Positions 1 to 12,110 of a DNA stretch of 64,000 bases are shown here, one piece after another. The notes under the pieces are model-generated. The model did no database searches and was not told the DNA's origin. It worked only from the letters and a program-made list of their open reading frames with translations. The first letter of the stretch is position 1; each line of letters starts with the position of its first letter. A program made the translations under genes and the position numbers. Source of the DNA: Hemiscyllium ocellatum (taxonomy: Eukaryota); NCBI RefSeq assembly GCF_020745735.1, contig NC_083422.1:61504001-61568000 (forward strand), given 5' to 3'.

Positions 1-31
1 CTGTTTCCACATTGTAGGGAATCTAATCTAA
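1..31 (+). mobile_element. 3' tail of an HE1-type SINE, truncated by the window edge
   Basis: ctgtttccacattgtagggaatctaatcta matches the 3' end of the full copy at 41159-41473 (ctgtttccacactgtaagtaatctaatcta). Confidence 0.6.
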
Positions 32-32
32 A

Positions 33-320
33 ACCCTTCAGCCCACAATATTTTGCCAAACATGGCGCCAAATTAAACTAATCCCTTCTACCTGGGCGTG
101 GTCTATATCCCTCCATAACTTGCATATTCATGTGGTTATCTAAAAATCCCTCCCTTCAATGCCTAAATCCACCACCACGTCTGGCAGTACTTTCCAGACT
201 CCTACCAGTCTCTACGTGAAAAATTTGTCCCTCACATCTCCTTTGAATTTTCCCCTCTCACAAAGAACAAAGAAAATTCCAGCACAGGAACAGGCCCTTC
301 GGCCCTCCAAACCTGTGCAA
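33..320 (-). mobile_element. Two decayed CR1-type LINE 3' ends
   Basis: Reverse complement resembles the CR1 3' ends at 8300-8570 and 62500-62760 (gggccgaagggcctgttcctgtgctg, (ttctttg)n-type tail). Confidence 0.6.
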
Positions 321-864
321 TCCAGATTGCCTCATGTAGCAGCATCCAGGAGTAGAATGCTATCCTGCAGATGGTTTTAGATTATAGGAGAATGAAAGGT
401 TTGTAAACGATTTCTGTAGCGTAAGACTATGAAAGGATATGGAACTACGGTAAGTCAATGGAATTAAAAGGCTGACCTTGAGCTATCTGAACGGGTGACA
501 CAAAGTCTGTTTTCAGCACAGGCTAGAAATTATTGCTAATTGCTGGGCTTTGTGAATTCTATGAATAGTTTACTAATGAGCCTTAAATAGCAGAGTTAGG
601 ATTTGTTAATCTAACAGGAGGGAGAGCAATGTGTAAGCTCCAGTATACCTGTACTGGAGAAGTATTTCGCAGCAGACAGTGACCTCTGTTGGAGGCACAG
701 TCAAATCGCTCTCTCTCCCAAAGTGCATCCAGCTCCTTCCTATTAAACTGTGACTGGACTTTTGGACCTGAATAATATTAGTTAAAGTAACGCCACTCGG
801 GTATCAATTCCCAATAATTAAAAGCGTACCTCAGAAAATTTAAAATAAAACAAAGAATTCAAGC

Positions 865-1010
865 TCAAAATCAGAAAGTGCTGGAGAAGCTCAGTAGATG
901 AAACAGAGTTAATGTTTTGAGTCCAGTGACCCATGTTCAGAACTTTCCCTTCACAGATGCTGCCAGACCTGCTGAATTTCACTAGCAACTCCTGTTTCTG
1001 TGCTTTTTTG
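865..1010. mobile_element. Old inverted-repeat Penelope pLTR derivative with a decayed hammerhead relic
   Basis: Inverted arms tgctggagaagctcag ... ctgctgaatttcactagca. The minus strand reads gttctgaacatgggtcactggactcaaaacattaac, a degenerate CUGANGA-stem-GAAA core. Confidence 0.5.
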
Positions 1011-1204
1011 GTTTTGTACCAGGAAATTTAATGTGGGAGTTAACTCTCACTTGTTAAAAAAATAAAATTAGTACAGATATGAATTTCAATCCTGCAATAA
1101 ATTATCCAAGATGATACAGTTATTTTGATGTTTATTCATAATTTGAGAAACACACATGTCAACTACCATCAATTAAACTTCTGTAGTAAAACAAATGACA
1201 GGGA

Positions 1205-1345
1205 TTAGACCCCAGCTGGAATACTGTGAACAGTTTTGGGCCCTTTATCTGAGGAACAACAGACTGCCATTGGAGTCAGTCCACAGAAGGTTCACTCGAC
1301 TGATGCCAGGGATGAGGAGGGGCTGAGTAGGTTGGGCCTGTTCTT
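1205..1345 (+). mobile_element. CR1 ORF2 fragment
   Basis: Encodes RPQLEYCEQFWALYLR, matching RPHLEYCVQFWSPYYR in the intact CR1 ORF at 61640-62679. Confidence 0.7.
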
Positions 1346-1785
1346 TCTTTCTCTCTCTCTCTCTCTCTCCCCCCACTAGATGCTAACAGACATGCCGAGT
1401 TTCTGCAGAATTCCAGTTTTTATTTCAAACCCTATTCCCTATTTACCAACTCCACATCCCTCTCTCACAGCAGTGTGAGGATAAGTCAGTTTGTTCACAA
1501 CTTTAGTGTCACATTTGAACCTGGAGTAAGCCTCTGATCTTATTTTTGTGCCATCACCCAGACTATCTATTCCATCTCTGTAATCTTACCCATTGTCTCC
1601 CCAGTCACAGCTTCCCTGCAGCTGAATCCCTCAGCTGTACACTTTGTTATCTTGTAGATCGTTTAATCCTACTGCGCTCCTGGCTGTTCAGACCCTCAGG
1701 ACATGGTTAAAAATCACCCAACACCAGATTATGGTCCAACAGGTTTACTTAGAACCACCAGCTGCTGCGATCCTACTCAACTAGC

Positions 1786-1820
1786 TAACTGATGAAGGAG
1801 CGTCGCTCCGAAAGCTAGTG
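1786..1820 (+). ncRNA. Minimal type I hammerhead ribozyme motif (core intact, stem I disrupted)
   Basis: CTGATGA-A-GGAGC gtc GCTCC-GAA-AGCT-A-GTG. The 5' stem I strand is TAA here, whereas the sister copy at 17117-17119 has CAC. Confidence 0.65.
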
Positions 1821-1871
1821 CTTCCAAATAAACCTGTTGGACTATAACCCAGTGTTGTGTGATTTTTAACT

Positions 1872-2910
1872 CCAATGCATCACATCCACATCCCGCACCT
1901 CCGCCCTCAAACCCCACCCTCCAACTGTAACAAGGACAGCACCCCTCGGTCCTCACCTTCCATCCTACCAACCTTCGCATAAACCAAATCATCTGACAAC
2001 ATTTCTATCACCTCCAAACGGACCCCACCACCAGGGATATATTTCCCTCCCCACCCCTTTCCACCTTCCGCAAAGACCGTTCCCTCCGTGACTACCTGGT
2101 CAGGTCGAAGCCCCCCTACAACCCATCCTCCCATCCTGGCACTTTCCCCTGCCACCGCAGGAACTGTAAAACCTGTGCCCACACCTCCTCCCTCACCTCC
2201 ATCCAAGGCCCTAAAGGAGCCTTCCACATCCATCAAAGATTTACCTGCACATCCACCAATATCATTTATTGTATCCGTTGCTCCTGATGCGGGCTCCTCT
2301 ACATTAGGGAGACTGGGCGCCTCCTAGCAGAGCGCTTTAGGGAACATCTCCGGGACACCCGCACCAATCAACCACACCGCCCTGTGGCCCAACATTTCAA
2401 CTCCCCCTCCCACTCTGCTGAGGACATGGAGGTCTTGGGCCTCCTTCACCGCTGCTCCCTCACCACCAGACGCCTGGAGGAAGAACGCCTCATCTTCCGC
2501 CTCGGAACACTTCAACCTCAGGGCATCAATGTGGACTTCAACAGTTTCCTCATTTTCCCCTTCCCCCCCACCTCACCCCAGTTCCAAACTTCCAGCTCAG
2601 CACTGTCCCCATGACTTGTCCTACCTGCCTATCTCCATTCCCACCTATCCACTCCACCCTCCTCTCTGATCTATCACCTTCATCCCCATCCCCACTCACC
2701 TATTGTACTCTATGCTACTTTCTCCCGAACCCCCACCCTCCTCTCATTTATCTCTCCACCCTGCAGGCGCCCTGCCTCTATTCCTGATGAAGGACTTTAG
2801 CCCGAAACATCGATTTTCCTGCACCTCGGATGCTGCCTGACCTGCTGTGCTTTTCCAGCAGCACACTAACCTGAACTCGCTCTCCAGCATCTGCAGTACC
2901 AACTTTTGCC
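1872..2910 (+). mobile_element. Penelope-like element 3' portion (Cys-rich linker + GIY-YIG endonuclease + 3' pLTR), 5'-truncated and defective
   Basis: Translates as PGTFPCHRRNCKTCAH...FTCTSTNIIYCIRCS*CGLLYIRETGRLLAERFREHL...VAQHFN...RRLEEERLIFRLGTLQPQGIN, i.e. a PLE GIY-YIG domain with a Neptune-like Cys linker. It has an in-frame stop and is followed by a hammerhead motif. Confidence 0.9.
2780..2815 (+). ncRNA. Penelope-associated hammerhead motif, slightly decayed
   Basis: attc-CTGATGA-A-GGAC ttta GCCC-GAA-ACAT-C-gatt. One stem II mismatch, and the ACGT palindrome has decayed to ACAT. Confidence 0.6.
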
Positions 2911-2923
2911 CTTTATAACTTTG

Positions 2924-3064
2924 CTGAAAATGTGTTGCTGGAAAAGCGCAGCTTATGCCTGAAACGTCGAATCTCCTGCTCCTTGGATGCTGCCTGACCT
3001 GCTGCGCTTTTCCAGCAATACATTTTCAGCTCTGATCTCCAGCATCTGCAGTCCTCACTTTCTC
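2924..3064. mobile_element. Short inverted-repeat Penelope pLTR derivative (family C)
   Basis: Arms ctgaaaatgtgttgctggaaaagcgcagc / gctgcgcttttccagcaatacattttcag. Contains the 3' half of a hammerhead (gcctgaaacgtcgaat). A 15-bp direct repeat ccctttataactttg lies at 2909-2923 and 3065-3079. Confidence 0.8.
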
Positions 3065-3465
3065 CCCTTTATAACTTTGTCCACCCCAGTCCAACACCCG
3101 CACCCCCATCTCAGGACATCACAATTTCTGCTGCACATGTGTTAATACACCACAACATTTATTCCCCTTTCACTCTTGTACTCACTGACCTATATTAGCT
3201 CCTGGTCAAGAAGCAAACCAATTTGAATATCCTTATCTTGGTTTTCAAATCCCCAGCTGGCCTTGCCGTAATCTGTAATCTCCGAGAACCCACCGTTCTG
3301 CTGATTACTCCTCATATTCGCTCCCAGTTAGAATTGCTCCATCATGGGTCGCTGGGATTTCAGTTGCTAGGGATGGCCAGACTTTAGGGAGACAGGATGG
3401 TGTTACTGTTCCCACAGGATTCTGGACATTGAACCTGCTCCCGGAGACTCCAGGGAGCCAATGGC

Positions 3466-3516
3466 CTGGTGGTCCTGGTCCTGGTCCTGGTCCTGGTCCT
3501 CGCCCTCGCCCTCGCC
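3466..3516. repeat. Hexamer microsatellite (GTCCTG)n-(CTCGCC)n
   Basis: Directly visible tandem hexamers. Confidence 0.85.
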
Positions 3517-4017
3517 TCTTTTAAGATGCCCCTTAGAACCGACCCATTTGTAGCTGTCCTGTGGCTCACTGGTATACTTTGTTTTATAAGCCGTTTTTGC
3601 AGTCTGCTAAGTGATTACAGTTGCTGTATAACTATAATTTGTTGCTGCTGTGTTCTGACCAAGTGAAGGATTGTTTCTGATCTTTGCAATCTCCTCAGCT
3701 GACTGCATTAAACAAATAACGATCTTTCATGGCATCAGATAGACCTCATTCAAATCTAAATGAGGTAGAGTTCAACATTTGATTTAAACAGCTAATTATT
3801 TATAAGCTTTTCTTGAGTGAAGGGAAGAGCAAATTTATTACTTGTTAACCGAGAGAAAGACATGACACAGAAATATAGGGCAGGCATGGGTCAAGAGAAA
3901 ACATTATTTTGAGGAAGAATTGTAAATAATAAACAGAATGCTTTTTTTTTAGAATAGAGAGATGGCCTTGCCTGAGGGGTTTAGCCTTGATTCAGAGAGT
4001 GACTGTTATAAAGAGGA

Positions 4018-4165
4018 GCTCACTCCCCATTCTCCACCTCACTCCCCATTCTCCAGGTCCAACTTTCAATTGATCTCGGCTGTTCAGCTTGAAGTCCATT
4101 TCCTGTCCCTCCCCATTCTCCAGCTCCCTCCCCATTCTCCAGCTCCCTCCCCATTCTCCAGCTCA
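4018..4165. repeat. Short imperfect ~19-20 bp repeat (ctccccattctccagctcc)
   Basis: Five recurrences of ctccccattctcca. Confidence 0.7.
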
Positions 4166-5108
4166 CTGCCATCTGTCTAAACAGTCTCATTGAAATCCCC
4201 CACCATTAATTATTAGTGCAATCTCCCACAGGACGTGATCCCAGCCTTGATAGGAAACATTGGAAAGGACTCGGCTTGAAGTGGTATTGTACTGTTGAGG
4301 TTACTGAGCTGTTCTCTCATTAAGATAATGCCAATGAGTTTGTCAAGGTTCACGAATGCCTTTCCCCTAGGCCGTGAGTGGGATCAGACTCCCATGGAAT
4401 ATTGGGAAGAGAGGTCACCTCACAATTGAGAAGCTGGGAGGTTTAATTGAGAAAAGACACTTGAGTTTGTCACTGGGTGTAAACGAATAGGGAAGGTGAG
4501 CCTGTCTCCAGTAACCACTTTCCCAATGAAGGAGAATGATGATGGATTGCTCGTCTGTCATAAATTTGAGTGCTTCAGTTTGACTCATCCAGTGAACTAA
4601 ACTTAGTATCGTATTTGATCTGTCAATGAACGTTTTCACACTGACATTACTTTGTTGTCATTAAGATGAAGGATTTCAGCATCCTCAGAAGGAGGCCATT
4701 CATTCCCTCAGTGCTATCTTTTCAAAGGAGCGATCCAATCAGTCCAACATAATACAAGCAATTGTTCCTCTTCAGGTATCCATCCAATCCTCTTTGGAAA
4801 GCTGCTGGTGATTTTATTTACACCTTCGCAGGCTGTACTTTCCACATTACAGCAACTTACTAAGAAAAGCACGTTGTCCTCAGCTGCCCTCTAGTTCATC
4901 ACGAGCACAGTTCATCGATCCACCTCAGTGTTGCTGCAGTATGCTTTCCATCTCCACATTCAGCTCCAGCCCCTGGGCTGGGTGAGCTGAGAAACCTGAG
5001 GCACTCCTCACTGCTGCCGAAGGAAATGACCGGCTCAACACAATCTCACAAATGTTAGTGACAGCCAATGACACACTTCAGCTCCTCCAGACTTCCCTTT
5101 CCTTTACA

Positions 5109-5879
5109 CCCCTCCCCGACCCTAGCCCCGACCCTCGCCCCGACCCTCGCCCCGACCCTCGCCCCGACCCTCTACGTGACCCTTCCTGACCCACACCCTG
5201 ACCCTCGTCCTGACCCTCGTCCTGACCCTCGTCCTGACCCTCGTCCTGACCCCCGTCCTGACCCCCGTCCTGACCCCCACCCTGACCCTCCCTTACCCTC
5301 GCCCTGAACCCCGACCTGACACTCCCTGACCCTCGCCCCGACCCTCGCCCCGTCCCTCCATGTCCCTCGCCCTGACCCTCCCTGACCCTTCCACTGACCC
5401 TTCCCCTGACCCTTCCCCTGACCCTTCCCCTGACCCCCGCCCTGACCCCCGCCCTGACCCCCACTGACCCTCACCGTGACCCTCCATGACCCTTGCCCTG
5501 ACCCTCCCTGATTCTCGCCCTAACCCTCCCTGATTCTTGCCTGACCCTCGCCCGACCCTGACTCCAACCCTCGCCCTGACCATCACTGAACCTCGCCCTG
5601 AGCCTTGCCCGGACACTCGTCCTTACCCTCGCTCTGACACTCCCCTGACTCTCTGTGACCCTCGCCCCGACCCTCGGCCCGACCCTCGCCCCGACCCTCG
5701 CCCTGACCCTCCCAGATCCTAGCCCTGACCCCTGCCCTGACCCCTGCCCTGACCCTCAACGTGACCCTCGCCCCCACCCTCGCCCTGACCTTCTCTGACC
5801 CTCACCCTGAGCCTCGCCTGACCCTCGCCCTGACCTTCCCTGACCCTCACCCTGACCCTCGCCCTGGCCCCCGCCCTGA
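5109..5879. repeat. C-rich hexamer/12-mer minisatellite (CCCTGA, CCCTCG, CCCCGA, CCCTCA) resembling telomere-variant repeats
   Basis: About 770 bp of ccctgaccctcg-type units with one canonical CCCTAA near 5518. The overlapping ORFs are repeat artefacts. Confidence 0.9.
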
Positions 5880-5969
5880 TGGGAGAGGTTTGCAGGACTG
5901 GAAGAGCCTAACAAAGTTGACTTGGAGATTCCTTCACTCAGGATTCTCTCAATCTGGATTTATCGCCAG

Positions 5970-7435
5970 CGCTGGCCCATGCCAACTATGCTCATCCAAA
6001 AGGACTTGCTCAGGGGTCACTATCAGCAAAATAAATGAATCAAAACACTTTGTGGTCTGTTCCAGTTACAACACTGGCACCTCCCTGTCAATGTGGAAAA
6101 TTGCCCGGGTGTGTCCTGTTGACAAAAACAGGACAAATCCAACCCGGCCAATTCCTGCCCCATCAGTCTCCTCTCCATCCTCAGTGAAGTGATGGACGGT
6201 GTCAGTAACAGGGCTACCAAGCAGCATCTGCTCAGCAATAACCTGCTCAGTGACACCCAGTTTGGTTTCCCCCAGGGTCACTCAGCTCCTGACCTCATTC
6301 CAGCCTTGGATCAAACATGGACAAAGAGCTGAGTTCCAGAGGGGAGGGGAGGGGGACAGCCCTTGGTACCAAGGCTGCATTCGACCGAGTGTGGCATCAA
6401 GGAGCCCTGGCAAAACTGGAATCAATGGGCATCAGGGGACAACACTCCCCTGGTTGGTGTCGTACGTGGCACATAGAAAGATGGTTGTGGTTGTTGGAGG
6501 TCAGTCATCTCAGCTCCAGGATATCTCTGCCGGAGTTCCTCAGGGGAGTGTCCTAGGCCCAATCATCTTCAGCTGCTCCATCAATGACCTTCCCTCCACC
6601 ATAGGGTCACAAGTGGGATGTTCACTGATGATTGCACAGTGTTCAGCACCATTCACGATTCCTCAGATACTGAAGCAGTCCATGTTCAAATGCAATAAGA
6701 TCTGGACAATATCCAGGTTGGGGCTGACAACTGGCAAGTAACATTTGCATCACACAATTGCCAGGCCACAACCATCTCCAACAAGAAACAATATAACCAC
6801 TGTCCTTTAACCATTGCTTCAACCCATCGCTGAATACCCCACTATCAACATTCTTGGGGTTATCAATGATAAGAAACACAACTGGACTCACCACATGAAC
6901 CCAGTGACTACAGAAGTATGTCAGAGGCTAGGAATACCACAGCGAGTAAATTACCTCCTCATTTCCCAAAGCCTGTCCACCATCTGCAAGGCACAGGTCT
7001 GGAAGGTGATGGAATACTCAGTCAAGAACCTTGACACCACCCAGGACAAAGCCGCCACTTGATTGGCACCACATCCACAAGCATCCACTCCCTCAGTAGC
7101 AGCGGTGTGTACTATGTACAAGGTGCACCTGCAGAAAGTCTCCCAAGACCCTGAGACAACACCTTCCAAAGCCATGACCATTACCATCTAGAAGGGCAAT
7201 GGCAGCAAATATATGGGAACACCAGGCCCTGCAAGTTGCTTTTCAAGGCACTCACCACCCTGATTTATAAATATATTGCTGCTCCTTCAGTGTCATACCT
7301 GAAGAGCATTGGGGCTCTCTCTATAGCACACATAGAGCACAAGAAGCAGTTCAAACCCACCTTTCAAGAGGCAACTAGGGATAGCCAATAAATTCTGGCG
7401 TAACCACTGACGTCTCTGTCTCACAAGTGAATAAT
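5970..7435 (+). mobile_element. CR1-clade LINE (second subfamily), decayed RT region and 3' UTR
   Basis: Frameshifted RT motifs WKIARVCPV, KAAFDRVWHQGALAKL and GVPQGSVLGPIIFSCSINDLP. The 3' end ggcaactagggatagccaataaa is shared with 10665-11425 and 25800-26300. Confidence 0.85.
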
Positions 7436-7789
7436 CAAAAATTCCTATTTACTGCTGTTTGGCAGTCTGGGGGTTAATTTGCCCATTACTGTGGCTCCAA
7501 TTCCACTGGAATGATTGCTCAGTTAGTGGAGTGTTCACCTTGATTCCATTTGTCTGTAATCCCAATTGTTTTGATATTTGTGCCCAGTATCTGGGCCATT
7601 TAAAAAGCTCACAATCATCGAGTTGCAGAGGGCAGCAGGAGTCTGCTCAAAGTGGATTTGTGTTCGAGCCAAAGACTAGATGGAACAAAGAGTACACTCC
7701 TGAGTGATCCCATCGTAACCCAGCAATTCAACCACTGGCACTGACTGCACATCCTGAAACGGAATTTCCTCAGTCTTTGATACAAGTCT

Positions 7790-8570
7790 GTTATTTTGGA
7801 CAGTCAAGTCCAGGTGGAAATTATACAGTGAATCACAGAACCCTGAGGAGTATTGCTATGCAGAGGGATCTGGGTATGTAGGTCCACAGCTCACTGAAGG
7901 TGGCAGTGCAGGGAGATAAGGGAGTAAAAAAGGCCTATGGCATGTTTGCCTTCATTGGAAGGGGCACTGAGTATAAGGATAGACAAATTATACTGCAGCT
8001 TTAAATAACTTCAGTTTGGCTGCATTTGGAATATTGCATACAGTTCAGGTCACCACAGGACCGGAAGGATATGGATCCTTTGGAGAGCATACAGAAAAGG
8101 TTTACCAGGATGTTGCCTGGTCTGGGGGATTTTAGTGATGGAGAAAGGTTGGATAGACTGGGTTTGTTTTCACTGGATCGCAGGGGGTTGAGGGGTGACC
8201 TGATAGAAGGTTATCAGATTGTGAATGGTATGGATAGAGTGGGAAGTATGAGGCTTTTTCCCAGGGTGGAGGGGTCAGTTACTAGGGGACACTGGCTCAA
8301 CGTGTGGGGTGGGAGAGTTTAAAAGAGATGTATGAGGCAAGTGTTTCACACAGAGGGTGGTGAGTGCCTGGAACACATTGCCAGAGGAGGTGGTGGGAGC
8401 AGACACAACAGCAGCATTCAAGGAACGTCTGGATGGATCCAGGAATAGGAAGGGAATAGAGGATATGGATCCTGTAAAGGAAGACAGTTTTAGTATGGAC
8501 GGGCAAAATGTATCAGCGCAGGCTTGGAGGGCCGAAGGGCCTGTTCCTGTGCTGTATTGTTCTTTGTTGT
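7790..8570 (+). mobile_element. CR1/HER1-type LINE 3' fragment
   Basis: EYCIQFRSPQDRKDMDPLESIQKRFTRMLPGL...LRGDLIE, then VSAWNTLPEEVV. Ends gggccgaagggcctgttcctgtgctgtattgttctttgtt. Confidence 0.9.
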
Positions 8571-9498
8571 TGTTAAATTCCAGGATAGATCTTCCTTGGA
8601 ATAGTGCCTGTTTTCCAAACATTTGTCAAAGTCTGACTATGTCTCAAATGGAGATCATTTTTCTTACAAATGTCATCCAAGAGCTTGATGAGATTTTCCA
8701 AACCTTCCCAGAAGGAGATTTGAAACAACCACATGTTCAACTGGAGTGGGACAGAGGCCTTGAAATGGAAACTGGCGGCTGGGTCATATTTCCTTCACTG
8801 AATTCAACACCATCCATCAGGAACAACTAACCTGGGAGCAGTCCCTTCACATAGCACGTGTTGTCTTGGGGGTGGGGAAGGTGTGGGGCTTTCCCATTGT
8901 GGAGCTGTGACAGGCTGACAGGGGGTATTAGCTGTGGCACTGTGAGAGTCAGACCCTACCCTCAATGTGCCCATTGCATCTGCACTAAGACCCTTCCTAA
9001 AATGGGAACGACACACTCAGCACCAGAACAGGGTGGCATCAGGAGCCAAGTTAAAGTATGGGCACTCTGCAATTCAACCTTTCCAGCGAATGTCCCTTTA
9101 CAAAGCCCAGAGTTTATTCCTTATGTTGACAATTACCCGCTCAGTCTGCAGAGGGTGTACGGGATGTTTGACCATGTGTGACTGGCTGTTTAAAAGCACA
9201 AGGTCAACAGGAGTTCAGGGATCTGTCAGCACAGAGCGGCCAGTGTCTCGACTCGGCTCAGTATATTTAGTGGTTGTGAAAGGTGGATTAATGAAGCAGG
9301 CAGTCAGTGTCCAATATCAACCCAGAGGCTTCATGGGGGTCTGTGTGAGTGAGTGAGTGACAGCTGCTGCAGTGTGATGCTAATGCAGGTGGAATTTTAC
9401 TGTGGCTGCACTTTACACATGGCATGGTGTAGAGGAGACATCAACCAAATAACACTAACAACAACTAATCCTCCAACAGCAGCTACTCAAATGCATTA

Positions 9499-9577
9499 CC
9501 CTGGCTGCATTGCCCTGGCTGCATTGCCCTGGCTGCATTGTCCTGGCTGCATTGCCCTGGCTGCATTGTCCTGGCTG
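9499..9577. repeat. 14-bp tandem repeat (ccctggctgcattg) x~6
   Basis: Directly visible. Confidence 0.9.
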
Positions 9578-10664
9578 TGCCCATTTGCGAGATTGTTTGA
9601 CAATGTTGTAATTATTTTCTTCAGATTTCCCCCTCTTTGCTCTGAGGGCGGTCCGTCACACTGACTCCAAGTGACCCAAAGTGACATCAAAAGTTGATGT
9701 GAGGACCAAGAGCAGAATCCCACTTTGTGTTTGACTGACATGACCCGATCGAGTAGAGACAGGGATACAAGCTTGGGAACTTCTGTCCCGAATGGCTCAG
9801 TACCATTGAATTTACGTCCATGGAGTTGATTGTTAAATTAGCTAAATGTAATGCCGTAATCCGGAATTTCCTCCAAGGTGCTCTCGCTCTGTCACTGGCA
9901 CAGCCTCAGAAACAGCAGTTGTCCCACCTGTATCCCAGCTCCTGGTGAAGATCCAGCGACAGACTGGGTGCAGGGTCAACCACTCCGACACCATTTCACC
10001 GGGACGGGGGGAGTTCATGTTCAGGAGAGTTCACATTTAATAAAACTTGTTAACATGGGGAAGCCTTGCCATGACAGGATCGGTGGTCAGTGTGAGTCCA
10101 TACAGTGAGTGTCCCGAAATCTTGGTCACCCTGTTATGGGACAACATGAAATTGAGGATCCAAGAGGAAAGGAATGACTATGTCTCAACCGCTCCTAATA
10201 ACTGACACAGGAAAGGGCACAGCTAAGATTGCCCTGAAAGTTTTGGATATTTGCATTTCATTAAAAAAAATCTGCTTTTACATTTCGTTTTGAACACGTT
10301 AATTAATGAGTTATAAAAGTAGACTGGGGTGGGGGTGCAGGCTAAAGGCTGCTTCAGAGATTTGGAGACAGGCGCATGTATATGGTAAAGCCCCTCCTGG
10401 AACATGCTGACCAGAGATGATGATGAGTTTCATTACAATGGGACATTCTCCACCCTCTTCCCACCAGGAATTTTAAAAGGTGAAGGAGATGAAAAAGAAA
10501 ATGACATTGGTGTTAGTGTCAATGCTGACATTAGGAGCACAGTTATTTTCACAGACAGAGCTCACTGACTAGCATCAAATTGCTGTGATGGTCAATGTTA
10601 AACGTTGGTAATAATTAGGAACATGTCACATGAGCAAACACAAATTTACTTTTGTACTGATTTA

Positions 10665-11425
10665 AAAACTGCAAGTAACATTTGTGCCACATAAATGGCA
10701 GGCTATGACCATCTCCAATAAAAGAGAATCTAACCACTGCCCCCTGACATTCAGTGATGTAACCGTCACTGAATCTCCCACTATCAACATCCTGTGGGCT
10801 TATCTTTGACCAGAAACTCAACTGGACTTGCCACATAAACATAATTGCTGCAAAAGCCAGTCAGAGGCTCGGAATGCAGTGAGTAACTCACCTCCTGCCT
10901 CCCCAAAGCCTGTCCACTGTCTACAAGACACAAGTCAGGAGTGTGATGGAATACTCCCCACTTGTCTGGATGGGTACAGTCCCAGTAACACTCAAGAAAC
11001 TTGACACCATCCAGAACAAAGCAGCCGCTTGATTGGCACCACATCCACATTCCATACGACTCAGTAGTAGCGGTGTGTGCCATCTACAAGATGCCCTGCA
11101 GAAATTCACCCAAGATCCTCAGACAGCACCTTCCAAATCCACGACCACTTCCACCTTGAAAGACAAGGGCAGCAGATCCACGGGAAGACCATCCCGTTCC
11201 AGGCCACTCCCCATCCTGACTTGGAAATATATCGTTGTTCCTTCACTGTCACTGGGACACGATTCTGGAATTCCCTCCCTGAGGGCATTGTGGGTCAGCC
11301 CATAGCACACAGTCTGCAGCAGTTCAAGAAGGCAGCTCACTCCCACCTTCTCATGGGGCAACTAGGGACAGGCAATAAATGCTGGACAGCCAGCAATGTC
11401 CACATCTCATCGAGGAATTTATAAA
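10665..11425 (+). mobile_element. CR1-clade LINE 3' fragment (same subfamily as 5970-7435)
   Basis: Colinear similarity to 6730-7430. Encodes SFTVTGTRFWNSLPEGIV...QFKKAAHSHLL. Confidence 0.85.
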
Positions 11426-11447
11426 AATTATATTTCCATCTCCCTTC

Positions 11448-11540
11448 AGTTCTGAAGAAGAGTCTTGTTCAAATTAAAACATTAACGATTTCTCTGCACA
11501 GATGCTGTGGGACCTGCTGAGTTTCTCCAGCATTTTGTTG
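11448..11540 (+). mobile_element. Old Penelope pLTR relic with a decayed hammerhead
   Basis: gttctgaagaagagtc...aaaacattaac...cacagatgctgtgggacctgctgagtttctccagca, similar to 15311-15430. Confidence 0.5.
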
Positions 11541-11584
11541 TGAGGTTTGTGCTGCACTCCAGCCCCGCCCTCACACCGAGCTCA

Positions 11585-12110
11585 GGTGGGTAAGAAGGTA
11601 CACAGGATACCTGCCTTTATGAGTCAAGAATGCCTCATGAAGGGACAGTGATGGAGCTGTATATGCATTTGTTAGGCCACAGCTGGAGGACTGTGTGTGG
11701 TTTTGGTCCCCACACTATCGGAAGGATGTGATAGCACTGGTGAGGATGCAGAGGAAATCCACCAGGAAATGCCTTGGGATGGAGAGATCCAGCTATGAAG
11801 AGCGATTGGGACAGGCAAGCAGTTGTTTTAGAACAGGGAGGGCTGAGGGGAATCTAACTGAGGCGAACAAACTCCGAGGGGCATAGGGAAGGTAGATCGG
11901 GAGAATCATTTCCCTTATAACAGGAGTCAGTAACCAGGGGCACACTTTAAGGTAAGGAATTTGAAAAATGTTTAATCACCCAAAAGTGGGAATCTGGGGC
12001 TCAGCTGGAAAAGGTGGCAGCAGCAGAAACATCAGAGAAATATTTTGATGAACAGAACAAACACGATGGGCTGACTGGACTCATTCTGTGTTGTAAAGAT
12101 TCTGTGACAG
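11585..12110 (+). mobile_element. Decayed CR1 3' fragment
   Basis: WFWSPHYRKDVIALVRMQRKSTRKCLGMERSSYEERL. Confidence 0.8.

Larger units (their letters stand above)
1705..3109. mobile_element. Palindromic non-autonomous Penelope derivative (family A), split by two later insertions
   Basis: Inverted arms gttaaaaatcacccaacacc...gtccaacaggttta (1706-) and taaacctgttggactataa...gtgttgtgtgatttttaac (-1870). The tail aactttgtccaccccagtccaacacc resumes at 3073. A 10-bp direct repeat ctcaggacat flanks it at 1695-1704 and 3110-3119. An uninterrupted sister copy lies at 17033-17229. Confidence 0.8.

Noticed and set aside
5068-6192. Gly/Arg- and Pro/Asp-rich ORFs
   Set aside because: Translations of the hexamer minisatellite.
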